The notes beneath the pieces were generated by a model. It worked only from the letters and a program-made list of their open reading frames with translations, did not search any database and was not told the DNA's origin. A DNA stretch of 63,841 nt, the filler included, from Ministeria vibrans ATCC 50519 (Eukaryota > Protista > Filasterea): assembly GCA_943704425.1 (NCBI GenBank). It is 9 parts of 9 records of this genome, joined end to end, with 100 filler letters (N's around TTAATTAATTAA, not from the genome) between each part and the next. Parts side by side here need not be neighbours in the genome. Positions count along the whole stretch, not along the records: positions 40,569 to 52,079 come from CALSCP010000678.1; positions 52,180 to 56,713 come from CALSCP010000900.1; positions 56,814 to 58,134 come from CALSCP010001683.1; positions 58,235 to 59,511 come from CALSCP010001113.1; positions 59,612 to 61,511 come from CALSCP010002722.1; positions 61,612 to 63,841 come from CALSCP010000970.1; 3 more parts are not named here. One strand, given 5' to 3'. The translations under genes and the position numbers were made by a program. Shown here in pieces: positions 50,846-61,859 of this stretch. How positions within the stretch are numbered: the stretch's first letter is position 1; each line of letters starts with the position of its first letter.

Positions 50846-51996
50846 TAATAATAATAATAACAATAATAATAATAATAAGAAAAAAATAGAATACTATTAT
50901 TATTAATAATAATAGCTAATATTGTTGTTGTGTTTTTTTTTCTTTCTTTTTTTGACATCAAACAACAGTCTCTAACTGACAAACAAGGATGTACCATAAA
51001 CGAAACGGGCGAGGTCTCGGTCATGCCATAGCCAATGGTCATGTCGGTCAGTCCCATCTTCGACACCACCAGACGCATCGTCTCAATGGGACATAGCGTA
51101 CCTACGTGACAATTGGTCACAACCCAAAACTCTACTACTCCCTTCTTCTCTTGCACCTCCTACCTGCCATAATGCCCGTGCGCAGCGACGACAAATCAAA
51201 CGATGCAAAGTCTGGGTGATGCAGTTCACCAATGAACATGGTTGGGACGCCATGTAAGCCAGTACAGCGCTCCTACACGCACAGTGAGAACATTTATGCA
51301 CATACAACATGTAAGCTCAGATATCGACACACCTCTGCACATTCATACACAAAAAACCATTGATACACATATAGATAGCACTCCCATTTATCATTTCATA
51401 TCCCCGCTCCTCTGGCTCACCTTTTGCACCGCCTTTAACGTCGCATCCGCATCAAACGAGTGCGACGAGTAGACAACGGCAGCACCATGGCTCCAGGCCG
51501 CCAGGTTGCCCATGACCATCCCAAAGCAATGATACAGAGGCACAGGGATACATAGACGATCAGTATTGCTCATGCGCATTTGACGACCCACAAAAAAGCC
51601 GTTGTTGACAATGTTGTGGTGTGTCAATGTCGCGCCCTTTGGCAGTCCCGTGGTGCCACTATGGTACGAGTCATTTCATACTATGCGGTGAATGTGTCTT
51701 TTGTGTACATACCTCGTGAATTGAATGTTGATCGGCTCGTCGGGCGTACACGCCGGCAACGAATAGTGCGACTCAACGTCGCCACTGCGCAAAACCTCGT
51801 TGAATGAGACACAGTGCGCATGGGAGAGCGAGAGAGGTGCCGTCGCATCATCATTGCACTCAATCAGCAGCGACATCTCCGGTACATGTTTGTCCAGCTT
51901 GCCCTGCGCCAGTTTCGGCATTGCCTTGATCAACACCCCAAGGTTGTCTGATTTTCCCAGATTGGAAGTAAACACGAGCGCCTTGCAGCCTGTCAA
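49499..51996 (-). CDS. Acyl-CoA synthetase (ACSF2-like), 5'-incomplete, multi-exon
   Basis: [71 protein letters not shown]. Confidence 0.93.
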
Positions 51997-54064
51997 CTAT
52001 ATAATATTCTGCAACGGCAAGGTGGTCGACGAGCGCGAGATCCGTGTCACCGTCGCCCAGGAGCACCAGGCTATCACCCNNNNNNNNNNNNNNNNNNNNN
52101 NNNNNNNNNNNNNNNNNNNNNNNTTAATTAATTAANNNNNNNNNNNNNNNNNNNNNNNNNNNNNNNNNNNNNNNNNNNNGCTGCGACCGCGGTCGGTCGC
52201 GCTGCGCTCATCATCCTCATCGTCGTCTGAATCGCTGAGAGCCCTCGCAAGAAGGCTGCCGCTGCGGTCGTCCATTTGGTGACTGGATGTTTTCGACTTC
52301 TTCGCTGGGGGCCGCGACGGCGCGTCAAGAGGAGATAGAGACAAAGGTTTCTTGGGTATTCTAGTACGGTCGTGCACGCCACGGCCGCGAATGCTTGCCC
52401 ATCTCTCCTCCAGCGCTGCTCAAAGTGCCAACTCCTCTGTCACAGCTGAATTTGTCCCTCCCACCGGTGCTTGTGATGCCCCCGTTGCTCCCGGTTTTGC
52501 CACTGAATTCGAACAGGGCGTGTCATTGACCACTACCTTGTGACGACGCCGATCGATGCAAACTAGTTCGCTCCTTGCTTCAATGTTGCTGCTCACTGGC
52601 TAGAGCACAGTAATGGCCTGCACAATAGCACCATACATTGGAGGTGAAGCGTGTGCAGACAATGTTGCTCAGAATGTCGCCGTGCTCGCCCGGCCCGAGC
52701 CAGGTGGGGCCCTTGCCTCCACAACAGCGAGCGGCCGCCTCTCGCCTTCCGAGCTTGAATTCCGTCGTCGCCAGCGTGCCTCCTAGACTTTGAGCTCCTG
52801 TTTCATCGTGTGCGGTCACGCTTCATGGTCTAAACGAGAGTCTTCTTGGGTGTGCCGGTCGCCCCATCGACGATTGTCGCCCGTGACGCCCGAAGCGCTT
52901 CACCGTCCGTTGCCGCAGCTCGTGCACTAGCTTGCTCGCAGGTTTCTCTCACTGGCCACACTCCACACCACTATTGCTGAGGTTGCGGTTCTCAACAGTC
53001 TCAACGAGTTGCAGCACCAGACGAGCGTGTACTCTGGCCGCGCTGGAATCTTTCGTCACATGCTACGGGACCGTTCGCTCACCTTGCCTGCCAACGCAAG
53101 TCGTGTGCGTTGTTGCGAAGCCCTTGACGACGTTCGTAAACGCGTCGATGTGCACTTTCAGCATGCCAGCGACGAACGTCTACGCATAGCATTGAGGGGC
53201 AGGGTGGCACTGGTAAGAGACAGAGGTTGTTACTTCGCTGAGAGGTAGGGACAGTACCGGCTCAGCTGCTATCAACATTGGGGTGACACCGCTCACACCC
53301 ACACGGGCATCGGCAGTGTCAAGCGCGACCGAGAGCAGGAGAATTTGCCTCCGAACTTTGCTCTGCGGATATCCGCAATTTCTCCGCAACCAACGCGTGG
53401 TTGCTTGTCATTGACGAATTTCCATGCTCCCGACCGACGTGCATGGCAAGACGCTCCTGCGCGTTACGACAAAGTTGGCAAAGCTGTCCGCTAGCTTGCG
53501 TCCTTCCTCATTCTCGGCGAGTTCTACCAATGAGTGCGTCGGCGTCGGCGTCCACAAGATCTCCGCCAAAATCGACTCACCCACACCCTGCGAGGCACAT
53601 ACTTGTGGCGCAATGCTCAACAAATGCTATTTACCAACTCAAGTGAAATACTGAAATGTACAATAATGAAACAGTTTATTATCAATTCTCCCTTTCTTTT
53701 CTATTTTCCTTCTCTCCTTGATTTAAGCTTTTCTTCCACGTCTAGTAGACTCTAGCTGCCCATCTCAGCTCTAAAAAGTAAAAAGAGAGGTTTGTGGCAA
53801 AACTTTGTCGGCGGAGCTCCGCGAAGTTATCTCAATAAATCGACGTAAATGCGTCGTGCCCCCGGAGAGATCATGAAGTTTTCGATCGGCGTAGTTCAAT
53901 AATCAATTCAATTGCATCACTACTGTCCCACAGACAGACAGACAGACAGAAGGCAGAAAGAGTGAGTGTTTTAACTGCCTGGTTTCCTGTTCCCACACAG
54001 GGCGCGGCGGGCTCTTTTCAATCGTCATTGGAGCTGTGGTTGAAGGGCTTTTCGCTCGTTTGCA

Positions 54065-55081
54065 ATGGACATTTTCACTTGGCGTCGAACACTCCGACTA
54101 ACCTTTTTTGTCGCGGTGGGTGCCGTCTCGTACGCGACCCATGCAGGAGCAAGCTACAATCTAAACCTTCTACACGCGCGCTTGGAGGAACGCCTTGCCA
54201 CTGGCATGATTGTGACTCTGTGGGGCGAACTCTTTAAGATTGTGTTGAACCTGGCGCAGTCGCTTGCGACAGGAGTGAGCCCTCTGAATCGCGACTGCCT
54301 GATCTTTTGGCTTCCAGCTGCCATGTATGTGGTGGTCAATGCGGCGAACGTGGCCTTGGCGTCGCGAATTGATCCAGGCACATTGCAGACTCTGCTCAAC
54401 ATGAAAATTATTCCGACTGCCCTCCTCAACGTTCTCTGGTTACGAAAGCGCCTCCCAATACATCAAGCGGTGGGACTTGTCGTGTTACTGGCTGGGTCGC
54501 TGCTGGTGACGTCGTGCCAGGTGTCGAGCAATGCTGGCAGTATACCCACTGTCCTGGCTGTGCTCCTCTTCTGTTGTATGTCCGCTCTTGCCGGTGTTGT
54601 GTGCGAGAAACGCATGGACATGCTGCCGACTACCAGCACATCGCAGATCAACACAGCCATGGCCCTTTTCTCCATCTTGTGTAGTGTGCCTGTCCTAATA
54701 ACAATGCCTCATTTGCTGCAGACGCCACCGCTGAACTTGGGCACGTTTGTGATGTGGCCAGCACAGAGCATCTCAGCTCTCCTACTGGTTGTCTCCCAAT
54801 CGACAGTCGGTGTCATCGTTGGCTACCTTATCCGACACGAAGGCAACATTGGCCGTCTGTTTCTCACGAGCGCCGCCGCTGTCGTCGCGACCATGGTGAG
54901 CATGGTCGTCTTCCACCTGCCACACTGTTGGCTGTTTGCCTTCGGAAGCGGCCTTGTATTGAGCGCTACCGACTCGTATGTGACCGAGCAGCTGCGGGTG
55001 TGGGTTGCAATGGCGCGCACTGCCGGCTGGTGTTCGCTTGCCTGTGTGACGTGGTGGGCCGGCAGTCACTATGCTGAATAG
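54065..55081 (+). CDS. Nucleotide-sugar transporter (SLC35A-like), intronless
   Basis: GELFK, PAAMYVVVN..IDPGTLQTLLNMKIIPTALL..LRKRL, SALAGVVCEK; roughly 10 hydrophobic segments. Confidence 0.85.
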   Translation: MDIFTWRRTLRLTFFVAVGAVSYATHAGASYNLNLLHARLEERLATGMIVTLWGELFKIVLNLAQSLATGVSPLNRDCLIFWLPAAMYVVVNAANVALASRIDPGTLQTLLNMKIIPTALLNVLWLRKRLPIHQAVGLVVLLAGSLLVTSCQVSSNAGSIPTVLAVLLFCCMSALAGVVCEKRMDMLPTTSTSQINTAMALFSILCSVPVLITMPHLLQTPPLNLGTFVMWPAQSISALLLVVSQSTVGVIVGYLIRHEGNIGRLFLTSAAAVVATMVSMVVFHLPHCWLFAFGSGLVLSATDSYVTEQLRVWVAMARTAGWCSLACVTWWAGSHYAE

Positions 55082-55298
55082 CCCTTCGCCATTTAGCACG
55101 TAACAACAAAATGGTTGAGCGCCAAGTTTGATCAAGTTTAAGTTTGATCGAATTGTTAAATAAGTTGCTGAGTGGCCTTCGTACATTTTTTGATTATTGT
55201 ATATTTCTGATTGTGTATTTCTGCATTAATTGTTATTTCTGCTACAAAGGATAACATGCCCTCACATTTCAAACAAACAAAAAAAAAAGTGTTCGTGA

Positions 55299-56159
55299 TC
55301 AGTGAAAGCGTACGGGTGTACGCCACTGGTCGCCGTACCACGACACAAGAAATTTATGCACAAGTTTTGGAAGTGGTACAGAGACGTTGCGCAGTCGTCC
55401 ACTAATTGGCGGGAATATGCTTGCGTCACCACCAAGCTTGCCGTCGTAATCGCCGTTCGGTAAAAAGTCTACGTGAACCGATGTCGAGTCACCAAATGCC
55501 CCAAAATCGTCTCCCTTGCGCCATATGTAGGGTTTCCAATGCTTAAACTTGCGCTTGCCAAGACTCCGCCGCACCAAGTCTGTGTTGATCACAAGCGGTG
55601 CTACGCCGTAGCGAGCCACGTCGCTGATGCACACACGACCTTCAATGCCTGCAGCAACGTCACCTTGTACGAGGCTCAAGCCTTGCTGCCCAAGTGCATG
55701 GCGAAGCCGTGAAAAGGCACCAGGGAATGTATTGTTGCGCAGGGTCACGTCTGCATCATAATCCCAAGCAATAATGTCCTGCTCCCGAACCGCACCAAGT
55801 GCCGTGCCCCAGCTTAAGACTATGTCCAAGTTGAGCGTGCGCGCTACTTGTAGAACATCGATGAGAACACGAAATGTCAAGTCTGTGCAGGAGGGGGAAG
55901 AAGACTTGGTCGAATTGGTGTCGAGCCATGCTGGAGGTTCTTGGGCGCTACACGCAATCCTCGGACATTCCACACCAACCAGATGTGACACTAGCCCTGT
56001 CGGTGGTGGTGGCGGCAAAGCTGGCTGAGGTGTGACCATGCTATGAGCGACGATGGAACTGGCGGAGGAGGAGTTCACGGATACAGAACTGAGCGTCAAT
56101 ACGACCAGGACCGCCACTCCACCTACTAGGGCAACCTTCAGGGACAGGTAAGTTCGCAT
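55299..56159 (-). CDS. LicD/fukutin-family nucleotidyltransferase-fold protein with type II anchor, intronless
   Basis: N-terminal TM, Ser/Pro stem, LSWGTALGAVREQDIIAWDYDADV, VHVDF, FLVSWYGDQWRTP. Confidence 0.88.
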   Translation of the reverse strand: MRTYLSLKVALVGGVAVLVVLTLSSVSVNSSSASSIVAHSMVTPQPALPPPPPTGLVSHLVGVECPRIACSAQEPPAWLDTNSTKSSSPSCTDLTFRVLIDVLQVARTLNLDIVLSWGTALGAVREQDIIAWDYDADVTLRNNTFPGAFSRLRHALGQQGLSLVQGDVAAGIEGRVCISDVARYGVAPLVINTDLVRRSLGKRKFKHWKPYIWRKGDDFGAFGDSTSVHVDFLPNGDYDGKLGGDASIFPPISGRLRNVSVPLPKLVHKFLVSWYGDQWRTPVRFH

Positions 56160-56832
56160 TGTAGAATAAATGAGGTCTATTGGGACTGCCGACTGACTGA
56201 GTGTGATCTCAGATCTGACCAGGAAGGAAAGTTTAATCAAAACATCAGCTCAACTGTAGACTACAGCCGCCACGAGTACGACGAGTACTATATCCACCTC
56301 ATCATCGAAACCAAAGACTTTGGTCGTCGGGCACAGCGTGAAGCGACATAGACGGCAAGGAGGAGGAAGGACAGTAGTGGTAGGTAGAGTTGTAGGAGGA
56401 CAAAACAAACAATGACAGAAATGAACGTATTTGCTCTTTGCCGTGTGTTCGACAGAAATACCTCTTCGCCACATTGAAGATATTAAACAGCTAATTAGTG
56501 GTAAAAAGTGAGTGGACTCAACTCACCCAAGTCCCAACAGTAAACCGTGAAACATAAACGAACGCGTCAGTAAAGAGTTTCAAGAATGAGTGAAAGAGTA
56601 AGTAGATGTTTAATGCACAAAAAGAAATCAGTTCATGACGGAACGACGAAAGGCCGACACATACTGAGCGGGAAACCAGTAGACAAAGTAGCGAGACGCC
56701 TCGGTGGGACCCANNNNNNNNNNNNNNNNNNNNNNNNNNNNNNNNNNNNNNNNNNNNTTAATTAATTAANNNNNNNNNNNNNNNNNNNNNNNNNNNNNNN
56801 NNNNNNNNNNNNNCCCCCCCCGTTCTCCGTAG

Positions 56833-57713
56833 GCGCCTTGGTGGGAGTGCTGCAGACAGAAAGGCGCTGGATGGGCACGCGTGAGTCGGTGGAAATTGTC
56901 GACGGACGAGTCAAAGGCACAACTGCCCAACTGCTCGCGCAATTTTCCGACACTGTGCGTCTTGTCCTCATCGACTCCGTGGCAACCCTTGTGCATCGCG
57001 AAGGCCTTGCATCTACCTCAAAGTCTATGCGTCACGCAGCACGTAAGAGTGCACAAAAGTGCGCCAACTGCGCGTCTTACTTGCGCCCTTTGCTGATGTT
57101 GTAGGCAGTCGACGAATCCTTGGCGTGGTTCACTCCGATGTGTTCCAGGACCCATCAAGTGTTGCCGCTCTTCGCTACTGCGCCGACACCAATATTGAGC
57201 TTGAAGAAGCAAGCGTACCGGGCACAGACGGTCTCTGTGTCACCATCCATCGTCAACCAGCCGGCAAAATAGTGCGCTCTCGCGAGTGCTTTAGGTTCGT
57301 CAAGCAGCCAATTCTTGCTTTTAACATGACTTTTCTTTTTTTCCTTTGGCATGGTAGAATAACAGCTAAAGGTATCGCATTCACTGCCGAGGAGAAGAAC
57401 ACCGTCGAGGCTCCAGTCCTGACAGAGGTACGTCAATCCTTCTTCTTGTACATCGTTTTTTCAGCAGGTTTTATTGATTTATTCAATGCCTTCCCGTTTC
57501 CCTCAGGTTGATCCCGGCGAAGGATTAACATTCAGTGTACATACACACAGTGCCAGCGAGCGTAGCAGCAAAGCAACAGTGCGGCTGCCCTACGAGCACA
57601 CACAGGCACGCAAGGACTCCTACCTCAGCACAGCTGGCGGACGCATCTTCTATGAACCCGACCGCAACGACGATTACGACTCCGACGACCCCGACGACGA
57701 CCTCGACATTTAG
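56833..57713 (+). CDS. ELP5: Elongator subunit 5, 5'-incomplete
   Basis: VLIDSV, LGVVHSDV, VDPGEGLTFS..ERSSKATVRLPY, GRIFYEPDRNDDYDSDDPDDDLDI*. Confidence 0.9.
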
Positions 57714-57788
57714 CATGCACCCCATAAAATACATGATATTATATCCTTTTTTTCTCCCTCTGTCCTTGTCCTCCACCATTTTACTGCT

Positions 57789-58093
57789 TCATTCAATCTT
57801 CACCACTCCACCAGCCTTTTCCAGAGCCGCCTTCAGTTCCTCCGCCTACACACACACACACATCACATCACATGCAACCTATCAACACACATCTTCACAC
57901 AGGCGCGTGCACGTACCTCTGCCTTGGTTGCCTTCTCCTTCACCGTGTTGGGTGCCCCCTCAACGAACTTCTTGGCCGTCACCAATGTCATGTCGGGCAC
58001 AAGCGACTTGATCTCGCGGATCAACTTCACCTTTGATGCCGCATCAAACGACTCCAGCTTCACCGCAAACTCCGTCTGCTCCTTCACCTCAAC
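57789..58093 (-). CDS. MRPL12: Mitochondrial ribosomal protein bL12 (L7/L12), C-terminal exons
   Basis: EQTEFAVKLESFDAASKVKLIREIK..AKKFVEGAP..KAE|AEELKAALEKAGGVVKIE*. Confidence 0.93.
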
Positions 58094-58289
58094 CTTTTCA
58101 AAAAAAAAAAAAAAACACCACCCCCTCCCCATCANNNNNNNNNNNNNNNNNNNNNNNNNNNNNNNNNNNNNNNNNNNNTTAATTAATTAANNNNNNNNNN
58201 NNNNNNNNNNNNNNNNNNNNNNNNNNNNNNNNNNTCTTTTTTTTCATTCTTTTTTTTTTTTTTAACTTTTGAACTCCTCTCTTGTCTAG

Positions 58290-59420
58290 TCGTACTCGAT
58301 GACGGGCGAGGCCATCACTGGCAAGAAACAGGGAAAAGCCGACAGACAGGTACGGAGGATTGACGTGGGAGGCGCTGTGTGGCGCAAGTGCACTGCTCCA
58401 AGACCAAATCTAAATTAATAACATACCATGTTGGTTATTTTCAGGCGGTATTTGACAGTTTAGGCGCGCCCAAAGCAGCCAAGGCGAAAGTCAGCCCATT
58501 AACCAACCGCAAAGACCAGGCGGGCAGGAAAAGCAAAGCTGGCGACGGTACAACACACAATTGTGAACAAGAGGTCAACATTTGCACTGACACTACTCTC
58601 TCTCTCGTCGCTCCTTTTGTCGTTCTGCCATGCTACAGACATGCTGCTGCCCGGCGGTCTGGTGAGCAAGCAAGACGCAAGAGCAAGCCATACACGAGGC
58701 TTGGTACCCGAAGTGAGCAAGTCTCCGACACCTGTGCGCTCCTCTGTGTCGACCGCGAGTGCTGCAGTCGCTGAAGATGAGTCGGCTGCCGGAGAGGTAA
58801 GGCGAGCATTTCCAATTGGAAATTGCATTTATCCACCGTTTCACTGTGTGTCTAGATGTTTGTGGCGCTGTTTGACTACGAGGCACGCAGCGAGACTGAG
58901 CTGGGATTCAAAAAGGGCGACAAGTTCCGAATCCATTCGCGCGAGAATGACATTTGGTAGGGGGAGGGGCATCAAATGCAATGATCAAACTGCCGTAACT
59001 CATTATTATTATTATTATTATTATTATCATGATTGCAGGTGGGAAGCGGAGTGTCTGTTGACGAAGAAACGAGGGTGGCTGCCTAGCAATTACGTGGCAC
59101 AGACGAAGAGTGTTGAGAACCAGCCGTGGTTCCACGGGAAGATTTCACGCACTGCTGCCGAGCATCTCCTGACAAGGTACACAATACTTTATGGATATGT
59201 TGTCATAATTCTTGTTGTGGGTGTTGCAGTGGCATTAATGGATCATTCTTGATCCGCGAGAGTGAATCCAATCCGGGCGAGTACTCCATTTCACTGCGCT
59301 ACGAAGGCAAAATGTTCCACTATCGTATTATGCGTGAGGGAAACATGGTCTTCATCACCAAGGAGAACAAGTTTTTGACGCTAATGGATTTGGTCAAGCA
59401 CCACTCAAAAGCAGCTGACG
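58290..59420 (+). CDS. ABL: Abl-family tyrosine kinase, SH3-SH2 exons (kinase domain beyond the scaffold end)
   Basis: [19 protein letters not shown]; [61 protein letters not shown]. Confidence 0.92.
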
Positions 59421-59611
59421 GTACAAAAGGAAGCTGATTGACTGATTGATTGACGCTAAAGATATCATACTAACGTTGGAATAGATTTACCAGTCTGTCA
59501 AGAAAAAGGTTNNNNNNNNNNNNNNNNNNNNNNNNNNNNNNNNNNNNNNNNNNNNTTAATTAATTAANNNNNNNNNNNNNNNNNNNNNNNNNNNNNNNNN
59601 NNNNNNNNNNN

Positions 59612-60184
59612 TGGTCTCGGCAAGCTTGTGCATGCGCACATACATGTACACGAGGAAAACCGCAACAAAGGTGAAGAGCACAACGAGAATGAACACGACA
59701 ATGGCCGCAGAGTCGTACGAGGAGACGCTGCGTAAGAGAAGAAAGAGGACACATTCGGTCAATAACAGGATTCACTTCTTTCTCTTCTTCTTCTTCTTCC
59801 GGCTTTGTTTTGAGTCATACGCATCTTTGACAAAGACAAGCTCCCATGTTTGATCGAGAACATTGACTTGACGTGTAAAGGAGTGTTTCGAAAGGTCGCG
59901 TTCGGGGAGTGGAATGCCAAAGATCTCGTTGCTAACATAAACATTGACGGAGCGGCCACCCGGGAGAATGACGTGCGCCAGCTTGGGCGAGCCATCGGGG
60001 AGTTCGATGTAGACGAAGATGGAATAGTCGCGCGTGACTTCCGCAATGAAGGCCTTGTCGACAAGCAGTGGAATGGAAAATAGCCCCATTGCAAAGCCGG
60101 AGACAGTGTTGCGACGCTCTTGCAGAGTCAGTGACATGCCTGTTGGGTCTTCGCTGTCAAAAATCGCCGAGAAGAACTGAATGC
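59612..60184 (-). CDS. Fragment of a CHASE-like extracellular sensor domain followed by a TM helix
   Basis: GIQFFSAIF..TLQERRNTVSGFAMGLFSI..RQVNVLDQTWELVF, then AIVVFILVVLFTFVAVFLVYMYV. Confidence 0.55.
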
Positions 60185-60308
60185 CTACAAAATAGTGCAC
60201 CAATAAAATGTGATAAGTGTTTCGATTGGTTGCAATTGTGCGCGGCCAGATGCACACACACACATCTATCTATCTATCTATCTACCTATCTATCACTTTG
60301 TTTCTCCC

Positions 60309-60370
<62 letters not shown>

Positions 60371-60376
<6 letters not shown>

Positions 60377-60716
60377 AACTCTCTCTCTCTCTCTTGAACT
60401 CTCTTGAACTCTCTTGAACTCTCTTGAACTCTCTTGAACTCTCTTGAACTCTCTTGAACTCTCTTGAATTCTCTTGAACTCTCTTGAACTCTCTCTTGAA
60501 CTCTCTTGAACTCTCTCTCTCTCTCTCTCTCTTGAACTCTCTCTCTCTTGAACTCTCTCTCTCTTGAACTCTCTCTCTTTCTCTTGAACTCTCTCTCTCT
60601 CTCTTGAACTCTCTCTCTCTCTTGAACTCTCTCTCTCTCTTGAACTCTCTCTCTCTCTTGAACTCTCTCTCTCTCTTGAACTCTCTTGAACTCTCTCTTG
60701 AACTCTCTTGAACTCT
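60371..60716. repeat. (CTCTTGAACT)n minisatellite embedded in (CT)n
   Basis: Direct reading of a 10-nt unit with variable CT spacers. Confidence 0.9.
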
Positions 60717-60842
60717 CTCTCTCTCTCCTTCTCTCCTTCCCCCTTTCTCACTACTCTCTCTCTCTTTCTCTCTTTCTCTCTTTCCTCTTTATCTCTTTCC
60801 TCTTTCTCTCTTTCTCACTCTCTCGCTCGCTCTCTCTTTTAC

Positions 60843-61339
60843 TTTGACTGCTCCTGATCCGACGTGTTTCGCGAGTGTTTTCATGACCAAGTCTGTTTCA
60901 CTGTCGAGTGTGGGTGATTTCGTGTGCGTTGCAATCGCTAAATGTCCCAATGAGCGCACTGCGTTCGGTTTCACCTACAAAGAAAAAAGAAAAATAAAAG
61001 AAACCCAATCAGAAGAAAAGGTAGTATAGTATGACGTTTTTTTAAGACCTTATCGTGATCAGAGGAGCTGGCAACGGCTGTCTCAACAAGCAAGCGAATC
61101 AACGTTACAGGAATATCATCAATCACATAACCACAGTCTGTCTCAGTGCCAGTTTGCTCAGCAAGTCCCTCAGTCACAGTATGACTATCGCTGCTCTTGT
61201 TGCTGTTGCTGTTTCCAATGAGTGCTTTGCAGCAGTTAGCAAGGGTCCATGCAGCGCGAGTGCGCACGGGCAGCTTGTGAGTCGCTGGAGACAGAGCGGT
61301 CTTTGTTGTGCTTGCCACATCCTCAATGAAGTTGAGGTC
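60843..61339 (-). CDS. HEATR6: HEAT repeat-containing protein 6, two internal exons
   Basis: DLNFIEDV..VRTRAAWTLANCCKAL..AVASSSDHDK|VKPNAVRSLGHL..GSGAVK. Confidence 0.75.
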
Positions 61340-61460
61340 CTACGCACACACGCTCAACCTTAAGTCGCACTTCGCTCTCTCGCTCTCTCTCTCTCTATCA
61401 CTTTGTTTCTCTTCTCGCTTTGTTTCTCATTCCCTCTTTGTTTCTAATTCTCTCTTTGTT

Positions 61461-61511
<51 letters not shown>

Positions 61512-61610
61512 NNNNNNNNNNNNNNNNNNNNNNNNNNNNNNNNNNNNNNNNNNNNTTAATTAATTAANNNNNNNNNNNNNNNNNNNNNNNNNNNNNNNNN
61601 NNNNNNNNNN

Positions 61611-61615
61611 NAATA

Positions 61616-61711
<96 letters not shown>

Positions 61712-61727
61712 GTAATAATAGTAATAA

Positions 61728-61770
<43 letters not shown>

Positions 61771-61775
61771 AATAG

Positions 61776-61818
<43 letters not shown>

Positions 61819-61850
61819 AATAGTAATAATAGTAATAATAATAACAATAA
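61611..61850. repeat. (AAT)n microsatellite (intronic)
   Basis: Direct reading; similar tracts at 31970, 44810, 50780 and 63740. Confidence 0.95.
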
Positions 61851-61859
61851 ATCAATTAC

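Noticed and set aside
60293-60751. RERESS repeat ORF
   Set aside because: Translation of the CT/CTCTTGAACT satellite.
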